A DNA stretch of 61,921 nucleotides, the filler included, from Stramenopiles sp. TOSAG23-6 (taxonomy: Eukaryota): assembly GCA_900128565.1 (NCBI GenBank). It is 4 parts of 4 records of this genome, joined end to end, with 100 filler letters (N's around TTAATTAATTAA, not from the genome) between each part and the next. Parts side by side here need not be neighbours in the genome. Positions count along the whole stretch, not along the records: positions 46,549 to 61,921 come from LT636118.1; 3 more parts are not named here. One strand, 5' to 3'. Position numbers and translations under genes: made by a program. Positions 56,601 through 61,921 of this stretch are shown one piece after another; position 1 is the stretch's first letter; every line of letters begins with the position of its first letter. Below the pieces are notes generated by a model. That model was given only the letters and a program-made list of their open reading frames with translations. It did no database searches and had not been told where the DNA came from.

Positions 56601-59600
56601 TCATATGATACAAAATACTGATCAATATCATCAGAGGTCTCACAGAACTTATCCACATAATAATTTGCCTTTGCTTCTCTTATTGTAAACACTGGTAATC
56701 TATTACTATCACAAATACAGAAAATGCGCATTTGAGCAGTGAAATTCCACACAATTTCTATAAAAACGAGAAAAATTATGAGTTTCAAAAGTTTTATCGA
56801 AGGCTGGTGTATTCTTCGATTACCATGATGCAAAATGTTTCTCGTATTCAATTTTAATTTGTGTTGAATTTCAGCAGCACTCCGAAGTTTTACTGCTTGT
56901 TCCAAAGCATCAGAATCATTTGGATCAATTCCATAACGATTCATACACAATTTATTGAATATGGGTAAATGCTTTCTACCACTACTCCAACGAATATTGT
57001 GATCAAAAGTAAAGTTTTTGCCAATCTTTCTATGATGTCGCCGTTGAATCAACTTTGTATACTTCGAGACAGAAGTATCTGCAGATATAAATTCCTTGTA
57101 TTGCTCCAACATTCTTTTATGAGAACGTATTTTTCTCAAATCTTCACTTTTTTTGAAAATTTTTAGAATAAATGACTTTGTCTGTTTCAATTCTTGTACA
57201 AGATTTGAAAAATCTCCAGAAAAATTGCAACTTAAATTATCTGAATGAATAATGGGCATCAGGTAACGCTTTGCATCACACCTTCTACTCCCCGTAACGC
57301 TGTTAATTTGATAACGCTTCTCGGGATCAAAACATAACGATGGAAATGTGTTCACATCATCCGTATCAGGAGTATTATCAACCGTATAAGGATTTCCCTT
57401 TCCATTTATTATTGACCAAAGAGCATGATTACATTGAAATTCCGTTTCAGCATTTCCAACTATATATTCTACATCATCATCACTAACATTATCATCAGCA
57501 TCAGGCATGTGCAGCTCTTTGAATGAATTATTTTCGTCAATTAATGGGTTATAATTATCATCAATTGCTGCCTTTACAGATCTTAAATATATTTCAAAAC
57601 TATTATCATCAATGATTTCCATTAAGTGGTATTTACTTTCAACAGGACTTAAAAAGTGCAAGCGCGAAGAAAGATTACTTTTAGGATCTGTAACAACTAA
57701 ATCTAAAAGCCTTTGTAAAACATGTTTTGCTTCCCTTCTAGAAGAAACAAGATTATTATCAAGAAGCCATTTGATAGCATCCTCGCCCAAGAATGATAAT
57801 TTTGTCGGGGAAATAGAAGATACAAGAGAAACCGAGCTTAAGCGCTTCATGAGTTTTTTTTTAGGGACATCATTCTTCTCTTCACTATCTTCTGAAAGTT
57901 CTATGTCTTCTAGATCTGGAGGTTCTGGTTTCCACGTTTTGTTTACCAATGCAGAGAGCATCAGACGTATAATACGTATTGCAATACTAAAATTATGATG
58001 TATTTCTTCGGTTATACCCATAAAACTGTACAACTTCATATCGTTTCGCATACCAACTAAAGGATTAATGCAAGACATGAGTTTATTGTTAATCAACATG
58101 TTGATGATATGGGTAACTCCATGATTATCCCGTGAAACATATTTCCCTCCAATTTGAAGTTTTTTAAAAGCAAGCGCAATCTTATTACCATGCGTGGTAT
58201 TGTCCATGCGACGAGCTCGGTAGCGATGGCACCCGATTAACTGAGACAGTTCCGTGCGCAATAAATTAAGTAGCTGAAACAATTGAAAATAGGTATAGCA
58301 ATTTACATTAATATTTGAGTTTGGTTGTAATAATACAACCTCACCCATGGAAGACTTGCTAACGTACCACAAAACAATTTTTTCTGCCGAAGGGGAAAAA
58401 ACAACAACAACTCTTTTTTTATCCGAATTGTATGAAAATACCATCGATTTATCAACATTTAATCCCGTGCCATGAGATGAAAATGCCTGATGTAGTTTTG
58501 GTCGCGTATTGCTGTAATTTAAGACTGTAAGAATTTTCCATTTTTTCAGCTCAACTCGACCTCGTTTTCGATTTATGCAAGTGTTCTTCAATTTGTGAAG
58601 ATAAACCTGACCTAACGCCGACTGCCTATAATTTTCAATGGCATAAAATCCGAATTCCAACTGCAATTGAACTAAAAGTGAAGAAAAATTTTCAGCAACT
58701 TGCCAAAGTTCCTTTGTTCGCTTATGTATTGCATCTATTGTTGCCCCTTTGAAATGAGGGAACAACCAATGACTAATTATATTAGCTCGTGTACCAATAC
58801 ATAATTGTGTTTGCGATGACTCGACACTGCTAAAAACTCCTAGAGTTGTCGGAGCAGAAGCAAGCTCAATTACATGCAAACATAAAATAGGTTGATAATC
58901 TTCGCCACACTTGACGTATTCTATTTGAGATACATCCCAGATGCAGACACGAAAATCTGTATGCCCACTGACACAAATACTTCCAGAACAATTCATAGAA
59001 ATACACGAGATAATTGAAAGTGGATCAGGGTAGGTTAGTCTAACAGAAACTAGACCTTCGACAGTCGTCGTAACACCTGAATGAGATAATTCGCTATCCA
59101 AAAGATTCTCCCCATGCCACAGACGAAGATAGCCTCCAGGACTCGCAAAGAGTAATGATCTCTCTCGGTCCTCAATACCGGACAATTCCATTTGTTCAAA
59201 CGGGGCTCTCACAAACGTCATCCAACTACTTTTCTTTGAAGGTCTAAGTTCACTCCCATAGAGAGTATCTAAATTCCAGATCATCACCAAACCTAACAGA
59301 TCACAGGTCACTGCCCGATGTCCTGTATGTGAGACAACAACATATTTTGGGAAATGAGGTAAAGCTTTATCTGTTTTGAGCAATATATTGTGAATTTCAG
59401 GGAACTTTCTATCGATCATCATAACTTTTCCAGATTTGTACACTGTAACAATACGAGATCCATCAAAAGAAAGAGCGACACCTTCTATGCAATCTTCAGT
59501 CAAAAAGGAATCAGAGAAACGTTTTATACAAACTAGAGAATTAAAGATGTACTCTTCACTAATGCCCTTTTTCAATTTTGTTACGTTTACTGTGTCCAAC

Positions 59601-61865
59601 ACTTCAGCATTAGTATCACCAATAATCAAACAATTATTTCCAGAACTCACAGCAACCCTGCCATTGCCAGATATACCTACACATGATTTTCTATTGGCAT
59701 ATTCATTAGCATTTTCTGATTCTATGCCATTCTTCAGAGGATTTCCTGTGAGCATAAATCCAAACACTAAACAACTATAGATAGATGGGAAAATGCCAGA
59801 TTCAAAGGTTTGTTTCATTAAAATCATTAAAATAAGGAAGTATGAAGAATACCTACTCAGAAACCAGGTTGTGCATATCACAAAACATTCCACACAAATC
59901 AAAGGAATATGTAGCAACTTTTGCCATCTTGACGGGTCTTCTTCTTTCTTTAATTTGGAAGTAACTGGAGGAGCATCCTTTTTAATATTCTCCGTGTTGG
60001 ATTCAAAGGATGTTTTATCCGTGTTGGATTCAAAGGATGTTTTATTTTGGATCTTTTCCTCGGCCGAATCTCTTTGCAATGGCTGTTCAAAATTACCATT
60101 CCACGAATGCTTATCTGGAGAAATGTTTATTTGGTCTTCACCTACATGTAATCTATTTTCGTATGTTTTTAACAATTTTGGAACCAATGAAACATTGGCT
60201 TTAGTATTATTTTCAATCTTTTGTGGGGAATATATTTGTTGTGTACTATAAGTTGATATATGACTCTTAAGGAATGACATAATTTCACGATACTTGAAAT
60301 CAATGTTTGTAATTAATTGATCCCGTAGGCATTTTCCACGATAAAGATTGTTGCGACCAATGTGTATTCTCTGATATTCCTGAAACCTGAACTTGCCTAT
60401 TAAATTCCCCAAATACTTATTTTGGAAAATTGCATGAATAATGAGCAATAGACCAAAGATAATGATATCACAAAAAAGCTGAGGAGTATCGTATAGTTTT
60501 AGTGTTGTACATGATTGACAATGAGATTTAGGGTTTTCCGGACAAAAATCATCACCACTACAGTATTCGTAATCCAAATTCTTACACAATCCCAACAAAT
60601 TTATATATGAAGTCATTGAGACACAAGCACATGAACGAAACAAGCCAGGAATGTTTGCAACCCCCATTCGAAGAAAAATTAAAAGTATATTATAACCCCA
60701 TAGCCATGTAAAAAAATGCCGTCGCCCTCCATAAGAACTTTCATCCATGAAAGAACCATAGTTGTAGTTATTTGTAATCAGAGTGAAAGGAAACACTATA
60801 TATATTACAGAGAGTATGTTGAATGATGCAGCACCAAATGCAAAAATAAGAATAAGAATTATGTGAGGTAAAACTTTGATAGTAAAAGTTACCAACACAG
60901 ACTTCAAAGATTTCCAATTTATCTGGTGTGCGAGAATAACATCATCATTACCAGTAAAAGAGCCCTGTGATACCCGGTTATTTAAATAATTCATCATTTG
61001 TTGAACTCTGATAGATGCTTCAAACGACATTTTACTGGAGAAAATACACCCTCTTGATTCAAGTGTTGAAATACTCTTCCTTCCATGAGCATTCGCATAA
61101 AGAAGAATCGTTAAAGCTAAAAAATCGAATCCCAAATTAGTCTGAACAGGCATTGAACCTATCCATATGTCCCATATTCTATTATCCAAAGTTCCGTCAC
61201 TATATACGTCTAATTCATTGTCACCAAATGACAAAACTAAAAGTGTAGCTACATACTGCCACAACATCAAAACTAGAATAATAAGAATCATATTACTTGC
61301 ATTTTTCAAAACATAATCACGGGTTTGCAAAAGGCAATACACTACCATACAGAAGAAAATGACTCCTATTAAATTAGAGTGTACATATACACAAATTATC
61401 AAAGAAAATACGATTAAATCTACTGTCCAACGTTGAAATAAAAATCTATGATTCACAAAAATATATGCATGTCTGGATATAGGTTCTGTCTGAGGGGTGG
61501 TACTCGGAAATTTTGAAATTGAATCCTTACCAATTTTAGTACCCCACGAATTTCGACTTTTCAGGGTGCCTCCCTCCTCTATTATGGGTGTAGTTTTAGT
61601 CGACTCTACATTATGATTTGATGTTTTATTCATTATTACATAATTTTCTTGTTTTTGGAAAAATGGCAATGTATTGTATTCTCTGCTCCAATGTTCGCAC
61701 ATACAAAGATAAACACAACAAGTCAAAAACAAAAGTTGATCTCTCAAGTTTACGAAATCTGTTAATGGCCAATCAAGACGAAAATTCGACCTGCCAAGAG
61801 ATTGTACGAGAAAATTCGACTCGTCAGATTCCAGGAGGGCACTTGAGTATACATTACAAGCCAAC
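53645..61865 (-). CDS. Piezo-type mechanosensitive channel, 5' partial, with inserted WD40-like and DEP-like domains
   Basis: ERVIYL, SLQIAYGYP, APFVPQICIIIDWACSTTTLYWGEWNKLQEI, KKIFMG...ILAPLFVYS; 4-TM repeats; preceded by a family intron ending AT at 61866. Confidence 0.85.
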
Positions 61866-61921
61866 ATGTATTTTGGAAAAATATTTCAAAATTAAATTCG
61901 TTAGGTACAAAATTTCGTATG
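61866..61921 (-). mobile_element. 3' part of introner-like intron (AT end), truncated by window end
   Basis: CATACGAAATTTTGTACCTAAC...TATTTTTCCAAAATACAT|G. Confidence 0.85.

Overview
AT-rich, gene-dense nuclear DNA from a flagellated microbial eukaryote (IFT81, CCDC96-like and CFAP47-like genes; a stramenopile-like affinity is only an impression). The window is four ~15.4 kb contigs joined by artificial N-TTAATTAATTAA-N linkers, so there is no synteny across linkers. About 27 protein genes are recognisable. The main discovery is a family of sequence-similar introns, mostly ~85-130 nt (introner-like): 5' GTAYGTTTT, a palindromic core with branch point (TTCGTACGAAATTTYGTACCTAAC) and a 3' box TATTTTTYCAMAATAY-NN. 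Restoring conserved protein motifs in GCLC, MOCOS, a DUSP, a Tudor/PHD protein and a syntaxin shows that these introns almost never end in AG. Of 27 complete coding copies reconstructed by hand, 19 end in AT, 3 in TT, 2 in GT, 1 in TG and only 2 in AG. The terminal dinucleotide often repeats the last two exon bases upstream, resembling a target-site duplication. This points to a transposon-derived intron family spliced without the normal 3' AG requirement. All splice calls are inferred from DNA and protein conservation, with no transcript evidence.
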